Source: an uncultured Chloroflexia bacterium (GTDB taxonomy: Bacteria > Chloroflexota > Chloroflexia > QHBQ01 > JADMIH01). Taken from it: 64,000 nucleotides of DNA. Shown piece after piece: positions 49,089 to 59,786 of the stretch. Location: positions 992,001 to 1,056,000 of the forward strand of contig CAWCNY010000003.1 in assembly GCA_963797095.1 (NCBI GenBank), given 5' to 3'. The notes beneath the pieces are model-generated. The model saw nothing but the letters and a program-made list of their open reading frames with translations. It ran no database searches and was not told where the DNA came from. Within the stretch, counting starts at the first letter, position 1; each line of letters opens with the position of its first letter. A program made the translations under genes and the position numbers.

Positions 49089-49853
49089 CTACGGGAGTTG
49101 TGCCGAGTCTACGAAGCTCTGGAAGAGAGGTAACGCGGCATCACGGTCAGCTTCGGTCGAATGGAGGCTGAAAATGTACACTTTGTCGCCTTTGCGAACC
49201 AGCCAGTCGTCGCCAATAATGACTTTGGGTATGTTGCCGCTCAGGGCGTTGGTGGGAGAGTCCACGTACACATATTCCAGCTTGTAGCCGGGCAAGCCGT
49301 TGATCTCAAGAGGCTTCTTGTCCGCGCCGCTGCCCGTGAAACCCGTGCTTAGCAGAACCCTGAAAGCGTTCAACGCCCGTCCATTGGTGGTTGCCCGGTC
49401 GTTGGCAACCAATCCGAGGGTGGTGGTAGCGGGCGCGGAGGCGTCCACAGTTACGCGGTCGATCTGGAACAAGGTCGATGTTCCGCCGCTTCTCACGTCG
49501 CTCCTCACCACGATAGTGCCCGCGCTATTGGTGGCAACTCCGGTGTCGCTGAGTGCCCAATTGCCCGGATAGGTGATCTTCAGCCCGGTGGCGTCGGTGT
49601 AGGTCTGTGTGCGCCCTACGACCGAGTTCCACAGGAACGATCCCAGGATAAGGGCCACGATAGTGACCCCGAACACCAGGAATAACGATGTGGTGTCCAT
49701 CGGGTTCACATTCTTGCGAAGCTGCCTTACCATACTGGTGGCGTCCTCGACCACTTCGTGGGCGACCTCATGCATGATCTCCGACGCCTCGTGCATCATA
49801 CCGGCTGCCTGCTGCGTGGCCTTTTCGGCATCACTTTTGTTGGCATCGCTCAT
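49089..49853 (-). CDS. Membrane-anchored hypothetical protein (PsbP-like fold possible)
   Basis: Single TM followed by GLKITYPGNW. Confidence 0.75.
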   Translation of the reverse strand: MSDANKSDAEKATQQAAGMMHEASEIMHEVAHEVVEDATSMVRQLRKNVNPMDTTSLFLVFGVTIVALILGSFLWNSVVGRTQTYTDATGLKITYPGNWALSDTGVATNSAGTIVVRSDVRSGGTSTLFQIDRVTVDASAPATTTLGLVANDRATTNGRALNAFRVLLSTGFTGSGADKKPLEINGLPGYKLEYVYVDSPTNALSGNIPKVIIGDDWLVRKGDKVYIFSLHSTEADRDAALPLFQSFVDSAQLP

Positions 49854-49879
49854 AGTTGTTTCTCCTGGAGAGTGGGGGT

Positions 49880-49980
49880 GCGTGATACGTGAAACGTGAC
49901 CTACTGTTTACTGCGTACTGCTTATTGCCCACTGGTCACTACTCACCAATAATCACGTATTACGTATCGCGCATCACGTT
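49880..49980. repeat. Intergenic degenerate heptamer arrays
   Basis: GTGATAC/GTGAAAC; TACTGNN x3 plus variants; TCACGTA-like x4. Confidence 0.75.
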
Positions 49981-50913
49981 CTACGCGCTCGGCGTCGTTG
50001 TGGTTGTTGTTACTTTGGTGGTCGTGGTCGTTGTCGTGGTGGTTATCGGGGGGAGGCCCATATCGGCTCGCAGGTCGCGCCTGATCAGGCTGAATACAGC
50101 TCCCAGGATCAGCGCCGCGAAGATGGTGCCAAGGATCAAAGACGGCCACGGATTGTACCCGCCGGTTGAGCCTGGTGTGAGTTGAATGCCTGCCTGGCTG
50201 ATCTCTCCACTGAGCCAGTAGAATAGCCCGTACAATACGGCGGCCAATGTTATTCCGACGGCCATCCACCACACGCGCTTGGGGTCGAACTTGTCGCGCC
50301 CCAGGAAATACCCGATCAATGCGCCCAACGCCCCATGTACCATCTGCGTCACTACAATACGGATCACGCCCGCTTGCAGGTCCACGCCTCCGCTCGACAC
50401 AACGGTGATGATATTGAGCATGGCCGCATAGCCGAGGCCCGCAGCCGAGCCGTAGATCACGCCGTCAAGCCGCTGGTCGAACTCGCTTGAATAGAAAATG
50501 CTGAAGCGCACCGTCGCGTAGATCAGGAAGGCCGTAATGAAGCCGACGATCAGGATCGAGCCAAGGATCTCGGTAACCGTGTCCCTGCCCAGCCACTGGC
50601 CGACTTTGAAGTAGCCCTGGACCAGCGGCTGGCCTATGGTAGCGGCAAGCAGGCCCGCCAGCACAGCCACTCCTATCACATATTGCTTCGGCTCCGGTTC
50701 GAGCCGGTCCTGAGAGTAGAATATAGACAGCCAGATAGCGGCAGGTATCAGCGCCAGCAATAGGCTCACCAGCCCCAGCCAGAACCCACTTAGCTGCGGG
50801 TTGAAGATCCAGGCGATGAGCTCCACTATGCCGACGAACACAAGCAGCCCTATCAGATAGGACAGCTCCGTTCGCCACACGCTGAGCCTGTTCCGAACAA
50901 CACTCATGTTCAT
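49981..50913 (-). CDS. PrsW-family intramembrane protease homolog (degenerate active site)
   Basis: DRLEPEP, DGVIYG..AGLGYA, HG motifs; multi-TM; poly-Thr tail. Confidence 0.8.
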   Translation of the reverse strand: MNMSVVRNRLSVWRTELSYLIGLLVFVGIVELIAWIFNPQLSGFWLGLVSLLLALIPAAIWLSIFYSQDRLEPEPKQYVIGVAVLAGLLAATIGQPLVQGYFKVGQWLGRDTVTEILGSILIVGFITAFLIYATVRFSIFYSSEFDQRLDGVIYGSAAGLGYAAMLNIITVVSSGGVDLQAGVIRIVVTQMVHGALGALIGYFLGRDKFDPKRVWWMAVGITLAAVLYGLFYWLSGEISQAGIQLTPGSTGGYNPWPSLILGTIFAALILGAVFSLIRRDLRADMGLPPITTTTTTTTTKVTTTTTTPSA

Positions 50914-51238
50914 AACTCTCCTCCTCTACACAACATGCTTCCACTGCCGGCCTGGTCAGGTCAGTAGCGAGGGGGAACGGGCCGGCCCACGCGCGAAGGC
51001 GTTGCACGTGAATATGCCGTATATGTCACACCAGCTACGGCACAAGCGCGATACACGAGGATACCGTGGAATACGTACTGGCGCCACGCAATACACAGTA
51101 CCCGCAACACCCATAGTCGCTTCGTTTTGATTATACCAGGATTGCGCCCGTTATGATCGCACAAAAGGGATACAAAAAGCTATACAGGTTTATGCCAGCC
51201 GGTGTAGGTTGTCCCGGCCTGGATACCTTGTCTACTCC

Positions 51239-53779
51239 CTACTCCTGGCGGCTGGCATACCTGACCACCTCTTCAAGAGACATGCCCCCGCCAACCAGGG
51301 TGGCCGCTTTCCACCCCTCTTCGCCCAATTGCGTGCGGGCATCCTCCAGCGCTTCTTCATATGCTGCAACATTCGCCGGGTCGATTGGCGCCCCGCTTTC
51401 ATTGCGCAACCATTCCGCTGCTCCGTGCAGACGAGCTACCCGCGCCGGCAGCCCCATAGCCCTTGCCACCAGCGCCAGCCACTCCAGCGTTTCCGCCAGG
51501 CTTTGCTTAACGCCCAGTTCGTGGAATAACACCGCCGCCTCTTCCAGATACGCCTGCGCTTTCTCATATGCATCCAGCTTGAAAGCTGCTTCCCCCGCGA
51601 TACCCAGCGCAAACGCAGCCCCCATTCTGTCTCCAAGCTCCCGTGCAAGCGCCAGGTTCTCCACCGTATATCTCAGCGCCCCTTCGTAATCACCCTCTGC
51701 GAACGTAGTCGCCGCAACATTATTTAGCGCGATCAGCACCCCTCTCTCATCGTTCATCTGCCGGTGTATGGCCAGGCTCTCCGTCACCAGCTCGCGTGCC
51801 CGCCCGTAGTCCCCCTGGATAGCCGCCACCATAGATGCATTATTGAGCGCTGCTCCCACTCCCATCCTGTCCCCAATCTCCCGGCGCAGCTCCGCGCTCT
51901 CCAGGTAGAGTGCCATCGCCTCCTCGTACTTTCCCTCTGCCTGCGCCACGATCCCCAGGTTGTTCTCGGTGCTCGCCAAATCCGCCTTATTCCCCAGTTC
52001 ACGCCTCAATGCCAGGCTTTCCGACAGCAGTCGCTCGGCTTCCACAAGATCCCCCTGAAACTGAGCCAGCGTGCCCGCGGCATGCAAAGCAAAAGCCTTG
52101 TGGGCGGGCAGTATATCGCTCCCCTCGCTTCCGTCCAACGCCCTCGCCAGCCAGCGCCTCCCCTCGCTCAAGCTCCCCTGGTAATACCAGAAGCGCCACA
52201 GAGCCGCCGCCATGCGCACGGCCATCTCCCATTCTCCCCTCTCAAGTGCCCACGATTGAGCCGCGCGCAAGTCATCGCGAGCCTCTGCCAGCCTCGCCAG
52301 CCATAGCTCCCTTTCCTGGCTGCCCTGCACGTGTGGTAATGACGCTTCGGCCATCTCCATGAAATAAAGTGCATGCCTCCTCTGCATTGCCTCTATCTCT
52401 CCATTAGCTGCCATCTCCTCCACGGCAAACTCGCGCAAAGTAGCCAGCATCGCGAACCGTGTATCGTTGCTTTGCTCCTTCTCTCCCACCGCCCTGTAGC
52501 GCCCTATCAGGCTTACATCGATCAGTGCTGCGATCTCCTCCAACGTCGCGTCCGCTATCGTTTCCGCCGCCTGGAGGGTGAAAGGCGCGACGAATACCCC
52601 CAGCTTCCTGTACAGGTGCTGCTCGTCCGGCTCGAGCAGGTCGTAGCTCGATTGGATAGCGCCATGCAGGCTTTGCCGCCGTCCCGACAGGTCGCGCGGC
52701 CCGCCCGTCAGGAGCGCGAGTCGGTGTTCAAGCCTCACAAGCAAGTCGCCCGGTGAAAGGAGCTTGATCTTGCTCGCTGCAAGCTCTATCGAGAGGGGCA
52801 GCCCTTCCAGTCGCCTGCAAATCTCCGCTATGGTGTCTGCATTGGCGCGGGAAAGGGCGAAGTCGCGATCCACGTCTTGCGCGCGCTCCACGAATAGTGC
52901 CACAGAGTCCACCTTACTCAATTCCTCCAGTGACATCGACGCTGCAGCATCGGGTACGGCCAGGGGTGGCACCGGCAGTTCCTTTTCACCCCGCAGGCGC
53001 AGCGGTATACGGCTGGTAATCAGTATCTTAAGCTGGTGCGTTGACGAAAGAAGCTCTGCGATGAAGGTGGCAGCTTCGGCCACCTGCTCGAAGTTGTTGA
53101 GCAAAAGGAGCATGGCTCTGGTGCGCAGGTGCTCTTTCAGCGCTTCGCCAATCTCCTGGTTGGGGGCTGCCCGCACGTCCAACCGTTGGGCTATGGTGCC
53201 TGCTACCAGCGCAGGATCGCTGATCGGAGCCAGCGGCACAAAGCGCACCCCATCCTCAAAGTCATCCTGCAGGGCTGCTGCCCCTGCCAGCGCCAGCCGC
53301 GTCTTGCCTATACCCGGAGGGCCGGTGAGGGTCACCAGGCGCGTTGTGGCCCGCCATAGCAGCGAGCGCACCACCGCGACCTCGCGCTCGCGTCCAACCA
53401 GCGGCGTTAGCGATACAGGCAAGTCCGAACGCGCTCCCCTGGGCGCTTCAGTAACCGCCTGGATAGGCTCAGTAGCGGGCGCGGGTGCCGAGACAGAGGC
53501 CGAGACAGAGTAGGTAGCGGTGGCAGCAATGCCGGGCGGTATCGACGCCATATTGGCATCTCTTGCCCACATAATGAAATTGGAAAGCTCTTCCGCAGGG
53601 ATAGACAGGTGAGAAGCTAGCAATTCGGCAACCTGGCGCGATGGACGTCGGCGGCCCGCCTCCATTTTGCGCACCATATCAACCGAGCACCCAATAGCCT
53701 CGGCAAGCCCTTCCTGAGTGAGATCTAGTGCCCTTCGTCGCTGCTTCAGCCAGCGCCCGAAGGTGGCCTCTACATCCAT
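51239..53779 (-). CDS. XRE-HTH + NTPase (STAND-like) + TPR regulator
   Basis: LDLTQEGLA HTH, GPPGIGKT, LLLNNFE, GLPLSIEL, TPR repeats. Confidence 0.9.
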   Translation of the reverse strand: MDVEATFGRWLKQRRRALDLTQEGLAEAIGCSVDMVRKMEAGRRRPSRQVAELLASHLSIPAEELSNFIMWARDANMASIPPGIAATATYSVSASVSAPAPATEPIQAVTEAPRGARSDLPVSLTPLVGREREVAVVRSLLWRATTRLVTLTGPPGIGKTRLALAGAAALQDDFEDGVRFVPLAPISDPALVAGTIAQRLDVRAAPNQEIGEALKEHLRTRAMLLLLNNFEQVAEAATFIAELLSSTHQLKILITSRIPLRLRGEKELPVPPLAVPDAAASMSLEELSKVDSVALFVERAQDVDRDFALSRANADTIAEICRRLEGLPLSIELAASKIKLLSPGDLLVRLEHRLALLTGGPRDLSGRRQSLHGAIQSSYDLLEPDEQHLYRKLGVFVAPFTLQAAETIADATLEEIAALIDVSLIGRYRAVGEKEQSNDTRFAMLATLREFAVEEMAANGEIEAMQRRHALYFMEMAEASLPHVQGSQERELWLARLAEARDDLRAAQSWALERGEWEMAVRMAAALWRFWYYQGSLSEGRRWLARALDGSEGSDILPAHKAFALHAAGTLAQFQGDLVEAERLLSESLALRRELGNKADLASTENNLGIVAQAEGKYEEAMALYLESAELRREIGDRMGVGAALNNASMVAAIQGDYGRARELVTESLAIHRQMNDERGVLIALNNVAATTFAEGDYEGALRYTVENLALARELGDRMGAAFALGIAGEAAFKLDAYEKAQAYLEEAAVLFHELGVKQSLAETLEWLALVARAMGLPARVARLHGAAEWLRNESGAPIDPANVAAYEEALEDARTQLGEEGWKAATLVGGGMSLEEVVRYASRQE

Positions 53780-53911
53780 ATCGGCATCGATAAAGTGATT
53801 GGTGACGAGTGATACCTGAAGCTAAAGGACACTTGGCAAAAATACGCAATACGCACTCACCGCCTATCGCGCCTGCCCCTTCCCTACCGATTATATCACC
53901 TGTCCGGTAGC

Positions 53912-55921
53912 CTAATCGGCCAGCACCTCGTATATCGTCTCAAGAAAATATCCAACATCCAGCGGCTTCGTGATGTAAGCGTGGATATTCAGCTCCGGCG
54001 GCAGGTTGGCGTGAGCCTGCGATTGCTCTGCGGTCAGCATAATCACCGGTATATCCCTTGTGATAGGGTCCTCGCGCAACTTCTGGAGCACCTCTTTGCC
54101 CGACATATCGGGGAGGTGGAGATCGAGCAGGATCAGATCGGGCACGTGCAGCCGCGCCAGGTCCAGCCCCAGGCCCCCCTGCATCGCAGACATAAGCTGC
54201 AAGCTCGGGAAATGCCCCAGAATACGCTCTACCAACTTCAGGTTCGACAGATTGTCCTCGATATATAGCAGATTGCGCGGTTTGTCGATCTGCATCAGGT
54301 GCAACGGCCCCGTCATCAGGTGCGTCTGTTCCTCGACCTGCTCCGCCACCTTCGGCAGCTCTACCCAGAAGGTGCTCCCTTCCCCCTCCTTGCTGTCAGC
54401 CCCGATCGTGCCGCCCATCGTCTGAACCAGGTGCTTCGAGAGCGCAAGCCCCAGCCCCGTCCCCTCAATCCCCGACTGTTCAATGCCAAGTCTCTCGAAG
54501 GGCGTAAACAGCCGTCCTACCTTATCCTGTGCTATCCCCCGCCCAGTGTCGGCCACGCTTATCCGCAGGGTCCCCGCTGCGGCTATCTCGCCCTCCTCGC
54601 GCGCAGGTTGGCCCTGGCCCTCCACGCACGTGATCGTCACCTTTCCCCCCGCCAGGTTGTACTTGATCGAGTTCGACAGCAAATTCAGGATCACCTGCTT
54701 CAGCCGGTGCCGGTCCGCCAGCACATACCCTTCGTGCACCTGCCCGATGTCGTAGCGAAGCTGCACCCGGTGCGATCCCGCCATTGTTCCAAGCATCCGC
54801 ACGCACTCCCCCAGCAACTCCCGCACATTCACAGGCTCCACAGATATCGAAAGCTTCCCCAACTCTATCCGCGAAATATCGAGCACCTCATCTATCAGGT
54901 TAAGCAGGTGCTTCCCCGCCTTCATAATGTAATCGAGGCTCTCCTCTTGCTCAGGGCTTAACCCCTCCATCTTTAAAAGCTGGGCGAAACCGAGGATCGA
55001 GTTGAGCGGCGTGCGAAGCTCGTGGCTCATACGCGAGAGGAATTCGGTCTTGGCGATGTTGGCGTTCCTGGCGGCCTCCATCGCCAGTTTCACCTCTTCC
55101 GCGTGTTTGCGCTCCGTAATGTCCCTCGCCAGGCTCACTATCCCGCTGGCGTTCCCTTCCACATCATACAGCACAACCGCGTTCTGCTCCGTGGGAAAAC
55201 TCGTCCCGTCCGCCAGGTTGCGCAACGAAAACTCCACATTCCTGATGCTGCCGCTCTCATGCAGCATTTGCAGCATTTGAGCCACCCGCTCAACCTCCTC
55301 CGGTACATACAGAGCGGTAAGGTCGGCCCCGATCATAGCTTCCGGGCTATCAAACCCGTGCATCTTTGCCGCTTGCGGGTTAGCCAGCATTACCCTTCCA
55401 TCCGCGTCCGCCATCACCAGCAGGTCGGGCAATATCTCGAACAGGCTCCTGTAACGCGCTGCCGTCGTGCGCCGCTCCCGTTCGCTTTGCCTCCGCTCGA
55501 TTGCATACCGGATAGCACGCTCCAGCAATGGCCCGTCTATATGTCCCTTAACCAGGTAATCCTGCGCCCCATGCTGGATAGCCTCCAATCCCAGCGCCTC
55601 GTCGTCCAAACCCGTCAGCACGATTATCGGTAGATCGGGTGCCTGAGAGTATAACCGGGTGATGGTGTCAAGCCCTTGCGAGTCTGGCAGGGAAAGGTCG
55701 AGCAAAGCAGCGTCTACAGGTTGCGAATTCAGGACGGCTATGGCGTCCGACAAACGCTCGGCATTCTGTATCTCTATTGAGACCGATTTCACGTCGGAGA
55801 GGAACACGTTGATCAGGCGAGCGTCACCGGGATTGTCTTCCACCACCATCAATCTGATTGAGACGGTGGGGTAAGCCCCACTTGCATACCCGCTAATTCC
55901 TAGATTTCCATCAATTTCCAT
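53912..55921 (-). CDS. Hybrid sensor histidine kinase (REC-PAS-HisKA-HATPase-REC)
   Basis: LLDLSLPD, MSHELRTPLN, NLLSNSIKY, DTGRGI, GTGLGL, C-terminal REC. Confidence 0.93.
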   Translation of the reverse strand: MEIDGNLGISGYASGAYPTVSIRLMVVEDNPGDARLINVFLSDVKSVSIEIQNAERLSDAIAVLNSQPVDAALLDLSLPDSQGLDTITRLYSQAPDLPIIVLTGLDDEALGLEAIQHGAQDYLVKGHIDGPLLERAIRYAIERRQSERERRTTAARYRSLFEILPDLLVMADADGRVMLANPQAAKMHGFDSPEAMIGADLTALYVPEEVERVAQMLQMLHESGSIRNVEFSLRNLADGTSFPTEQNAVVLYDVEGNASGIVSLARDITERKHAEEVKLAMEAARNANIAKTEFLSRMSHELRTPLNSILGFAQLLKMEGLSPEQEESLDYIMKAGKHLLNLIDEVLDISRIELGKLSISVEPVNVRELLGECVRMLGTMAGSHRVQLRYDIGQVHEGYVLADRHRLKQVILNLLSNSIKYNLAGGKVTITCVEGQGQPAREEGEIAAAGTLRISVADTGRGIAQDKVGRLFTPFERLGIEQSGIEGTGLGLALSKHLVQTMGGTIGADSKEGEGSTFWVELPKVAEQVEEQTHLMTGPLHLMQIDKPRNLLYIEDNLSNLKLVERILGHFPSLQLMSAMQGGLGLDLARLHVPDLILLDLHLPDMSGKEVLQKLREDPITRDIPVIMLTAEQSQAHANLPPELNIHAYITKPLDVGYFLETIYEVLAD

Positions 55922-55943
55922 TAGAGACCATCTCCAAACCCCC

Positions 55944-56465
55944 TCATTCGGCGGGCAATTTCACGATCCTCAACCAGAAACTCTCTATTGACTGCACAAC
56001 CGTCATAAACTGCTCAAGCTCCACAGGCTTCACCACGTAGCAGTTGGCGTGCAAGTTATAGCTCTTCAAGATATCCTGCTCGGCCTGCGAGGTGGTCAAC
56101 ACCACTACCGGGATGCGCTTTAGACTGTCGTCTGCCTTGATCTCGGTAAGCACCTCCCGGCCATCCTTCTTTGGCAGGTTAAGGTCCAGCAGAATCAGGT
56201 CGGGGCGGGGCGAGTTGGCGTACTTCCCTTCGCGGCGCAAGAAAGCCAGCGCCTCCACGCCGTCTCTGGCTACACTCAAAGTGTTGAGTATCTTCCCCTC
56301 TTTGAGCGCCTCCACCGTCAGCCGGATATCTCCCGCGCTGTCCTCAACGAGCAAGATGTCTATAGGCGCAGCCATGCCCATCGACCTCGCCTGGTCGGCT
56401 GTGAGTTGCGCACGATAAACCTCAGGTTGTGATGCTTCCATCAATTCCTGCTGTCCATACATCAT
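55944..56465 (-). CDS. Single-domain response regulator (Rcp1-like)
   Basis: [32 protein letters not shown]. Confidence 0.92.
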   Translation of the reverse strand: MMYGQQELMEASQPEVYRAQLTADQARSMGMAAPIDILLVEDSAGDIRLTVEALKEGKILNTLSVARDGVEALAFLRREGKYANSPRPDLILLDLNLPKKDGREVLTEIKADDSLKRIPVVVLTTSQAEQDILKSYNLHANCYVVKPVELEQFMTVVQSIESFWLRIVKLPAE

Positions 56466-56521
56466 TTTTCCGCCCTCCAAATATTTATTGATACGTTGGC
56501 CCTTGTTCATCCAATTTATTA

Positions 56522-58027
56522 TCACCGCGCACCCAGGCGAATACCGGCTCTTGCGCGGCGCTTGGGCTCAGGCAAAGGCACAGCCGGTGCGCTGGTTTGC
56601 GTCTCCTCTTGCTTGACCGGCAGCGTGAAACTGAAGGTAGAGCCTTTCCCCGGCTCCGACTTTACCCAGATCCGCCCTCCATGCCTCTCCACCACCCGCT
56701 TGCAAATCGCCAGCCCTATGCCCGTACCCGGATACTCGTCCCTGGTGTGCAGCCTCTGGAAGATTATGAACACCCGATCCGCATATTGCGGGTCGATCCC
56801 CAGGCCGTTATCGTGCACCGAGATCAGCCATTCCTTATCCTGTTTCCTGGCTTTGATCTCTATGTGAGGGGCCTCCTTTCCCTTGAACTTGATGGCGTTG
56901 CCTATCAGGTTCTGGAAAAGCTGCACCATCTGAGTGCTGTCGGCCATTATCATCGGCAAATCGTCATGGGTTACGACCACGCCCGATTCCTCTATAGCGA
57001 CATGCAGATTGCCAAGCGCCTGCTCAAGCACATCGTTGCAATCGGTTGGAGCGAATGGCTTGCCCTTTGTGCCTACCCTGGAGTATGCCAGCAGGTCGTT
57101 GATAAGCCCCTGCATTCTGTTCGCTCCATCTACCGCGAATGAGATAAAGTCGTCCGCATCAGAGTCAAGCTTGCCTTTGTAGCGTCTGGCCAGCAATTGC
57201 GTGTAGCTGGCAACCATCCGCAACGGCTCTTGCAGGTCGTGCGAAGCCACATACGCGAACTGCTGAAGCTCCTCGTTGGAGCGTGTAAGTTCATGGTTAA
57301 TCTCTTCCAACTGCTGGGTGCGCTCAAGAACCCGCTGCTCAAGCTCCTGGTTCAGGACGCGTAGATTTTCCTCTGCCTTTTTGCGCGCCCGGCTGTCTCG
57401 CCTGATCATGAAATAGCCTGAGACCAGCAGGATGATCATTACCACCAGCAATATGAAGAAAGTGCCCCTGGCGCGCTTGCTCGTGTTGTCGTTGTCGTCT
57501 GCGTAGTTAGTCAGTAAAGTGTTCTCGTGGGCTTGCATCTCACCGAGAACCTGGCGGATGTCGTCCATGAACCCCTTGCCGACCCCGGCGGCTACCGCCT
57601 GCTGAGCAGCCTCCGCCCCCTGCGTGCGCCTTATATCGATCACTCTTTGTAATTCGCTAAGCTTATCGCTAACCGAGGTCTTGAGGCTTACGATGCGTGC
57701 CTGCTGGTATGGGTCATCCGCAGTGAGGTCGAGAAGACCCTGTATCTTCCCGTCTACGAGAGATATAGCTGCCTGGTAGGGTTCCAGGAAGCTTTCGTCT
57801 CCCGTGATGACATATCCGCGCTGCCCCGTCTCAGCGTCGGTCATGGTAGACAGCACATCCCCAATCTGGTTGATAACCTGTTGGCTGTGCGATACCTGGC
57901 GGCTGGTTTCGATCAGGTTGTTGATGCTGTTATAAGCTACCGTCTCTACTACCAGCACAATAAAAACGATAAGTCCGAAGCTTGCGAGGATCTTTCTTTC
58001 TATGGGCCACTTGAAAGGAGATTTCAT
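56522..58027 (-). CDS. CHASE3-domain sensor histidine kinase
   Basis: [29 protein letters not shown]. Confidence 0.94.
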   Translation of the reverse strand: MKSPFKWPIERKILASFGLIVFIVLVVETVAYNSINNLIETSRQVSHSQQVINQIGDVLSTMTDAETGQRGYVITGDESFLEPYQAAISLVDGKIQGLLDLTADDPYQQARIVSLKTSVSDKLSELQRVIDIRRTQGAEAAQQAVAAGVGKGFMDDIRQVLGEMQAHENTLLTNYADDNDNTSKRARGTFFILLVVMIILLVSGYFMIRRDSRARKKAEENLRVLNQELEQRVLERTQQLEEINHELTRSNEELQQFAYVASHDLQEPLRMVASYTQLLARRYKGKLDSDADDFISFAVDGANRMQGLINDLLAYSRVGTKGKPFAPTDCNDVLEQALGNLHVAIEESGVVVTHDDLPMIMADSTQMVQLFQNLIGNAIKFKGKEAPHIEIKARKQDKEWLISVHDNGLGIDPQYADRVFIIFQRLHTRDEYPGTGIGLAICKRVVERHGGRIWVKSEPGKGSTFSFTLPVKQEETQTSAPAVPLPEPKRRARAGIRLGAR

Positions 58028-58223
58028 CTATTACTCACAGCTATGCTACATGGTCGGAAGACATGGCAGATAGGCCACATGGGAGGCAACTGAAGGGCTA
58101 GAGCGAAGTTATCGCGAATCAACGCAGGCGATACACTATGCCTTAACTATACACCCGCACTTACGTGAAATTATAGCACCGATTACACTGAAACGATTGC
58201 AAAATGTGCATAAGTAGGACCAT

Positions 58224-59393
58224 TTAGCTATTCTGCGATGAGACAAATGGGTCAGGTAACAGGCGCTCAAGCACTCCTGCCGGGCCAAGCCTGCGCCGGA
58301 TGTCGCGAAAACGCCTCTCACCGCGCACGATCCTGCATACCGCCTGCCAGAAGAATGGCACGTGTTTGGGGAGCAAATAGCACGCCCTCGGCACACTGAC
58401 GTATACACGCCACCACTTGCGGGCCGACAATAGATCGGGCATAAGGGCGGCATCCAACTGCTCTGTGTACCGCCCTTCCTGCCCCCTCGCGATGCACCGG
58501 GCCGCGATCTGCCCGCTCCTGATCGCCCAGTAGATCCCCTCGCCCGTGAACGCTTCCACCAGCCCCGCCGCGTCGCCCACGAGCAGGGCGCGGCCTCGCT
58601 GCACAGGTGCGCCGGGCCGCCTGCACGGCAGCAAATAGCCGTGGCTTCGTATCACCCTCTTGATGGAGTGACCGGGCACGCGGTTGGCCGTGTGCTTCTC
58701 GTCATACCTCTTAAGGTGGCTGCCGTAGTCGTCCACCATCGCCAGCCCACCCACCCCTACGCTCAGGTGATCGCCTTTGGGAAAGACCCACCCATACGAC
58801 GCCTTAAGCTCACCCAGGTCCAACCCTATTTTGTCGTGCCAGTACTCCATAACGGCAGGCTCTACTTCCACCTCGCTCTCGATGGCGGCCAGCGCCCATC
58901 TATCCGGCATGAGGTCGAGGTTGCGTGCCACGCGTCCTGTAGCCCCATCCGCGCCGATCAGGTAAGCCGCCTCCAGAGCGCCCTTTGTGGTATTGATAGT
59001 CGCACCACCTGGGTCGCAGGCCACCGTTTGCACCGTTACGCCGTCCATCACCTCGGCGCCGGCGCGCGCCGCCCTCTCGACAAGCAAATTGTCGAACCTG
59101 CTCCTCTGCACCATATACACAAGAGGGTTGTTGCTGTTTACGACGTAGGGCTGTTGCGTTCGCCAGCTAAAATCGACGCTGTAAAGCGTGCGCTCCGTCA
59201 CTTCGTCTATAGAGAAGGGGAGGGCGCGCGCCGCTTTATAGGTCACGCCCCCGCCGCACGTCTTGTACCTGGGTAGCTTCGCCTTCTCCACCAGCGCAGT
59301 GCGCAACCCTGCCCGCGCCAGCTCATAGGCCGCCGTCGCCCCCGAAGGCCCAGCGCCCACCACAATCGCATCGTAACGCCTGTTCTCTGCCAT
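58224..59393 (-). CDS. Geranylgeranyl reductase family flavoprotein
   Basis: VGAGPSG, PRYKTCGGG, GADG, YGWVFPK, GDAAG...GEGI. Confidence 0.9.
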   Translation of the reverse strand: MAENRRYDAIVVGAGPSGATAAYELARAGLRTALVEKAKLPRYKTCGGGVTYKAARALPFSIDEVTERTLYSVDFSWRTQQPYVVNSNNPLVYMVQRSRFDNLLVERAARAGAEVMDGVTVQTVACDPGGATINTTKGALEAAYLIGADGATGRVARNLDLMPDRWALAAIESEVEVEPAVMEYWHDKIGLDLGELKASYGWVFPKGDHLSVGVGGLAMVDDYGSHLKRYDEKHTANRVPGHSIKRVIRSHGYLLPCRRPGAPVQRGRALLVGDAAGLVEAFTGEGIYWAIRSGQIAARCIARGQEGRYTEQLDAALMPDLLSARKWWRVYVSVPRACYLLPKHVPFFWQAVCRIVRGERRFRDIRRRLGPAGVLERLLPDPFVSSQNS

Positions 59394-59501
59394 GCTATCC
59401 CTGATTCGTGAGGTCACCCACAAAAGGGTGACCTTACTGCACACGCACACCGCAGCACATCGCTAACGAAAATGTAGCAAGAAACGCACCAACCAGGAGG
59501 T

Positions 59502-59589
59502 TGTCACCCTGAACGAAGTGAAGGATCTCGCTCTCTAAGATCACCCTTGGGATGCCTTCCACGCCCAAGGGTATATGCGAAGGATGACA
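59502..59589. repeat. Degenerate REP-like palindromic element
   Basis: TGTCACCCTGAACGAAGTGAAGGATCT ... AGGATGACA termini with an internal ACCCTTGGG/CCCAAGGGT stem. Confidence 0.55.
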
Positions 59590-59786
59590 GGCGATATGGG
59601 AGGGCGTTCTGCCATGTTTACATCAGCACAGCACCCAGTATAACGGTTTTGCCCCTGGAACGCAGGCTCCCGTTGCGACCCTGAACCGTGACCGCTTTGA
59701 ACCTGTATCTCTTGTGTATGCCGCTCAGCCTTCCATCGCACCCAACTGGATCGTAGAGGGCCACGACTTCCTTTGAGAGGATAACT

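Noticed and set aside
50914-51238. Possible riboswitch upstream of the PrsW-like operon
   Set aside because: I could not identify any conserved aptamer motif by eye; an Infernal/Rfam search would be needed.
53912-58027. Phytochrome light-sensing module
   Set aside because: The kinase core and Rcp1-like regulator resemble Cph1 systems, but the sensor is CHASE3 with no GAF/PHY domain; this is an ordinary arrangement.
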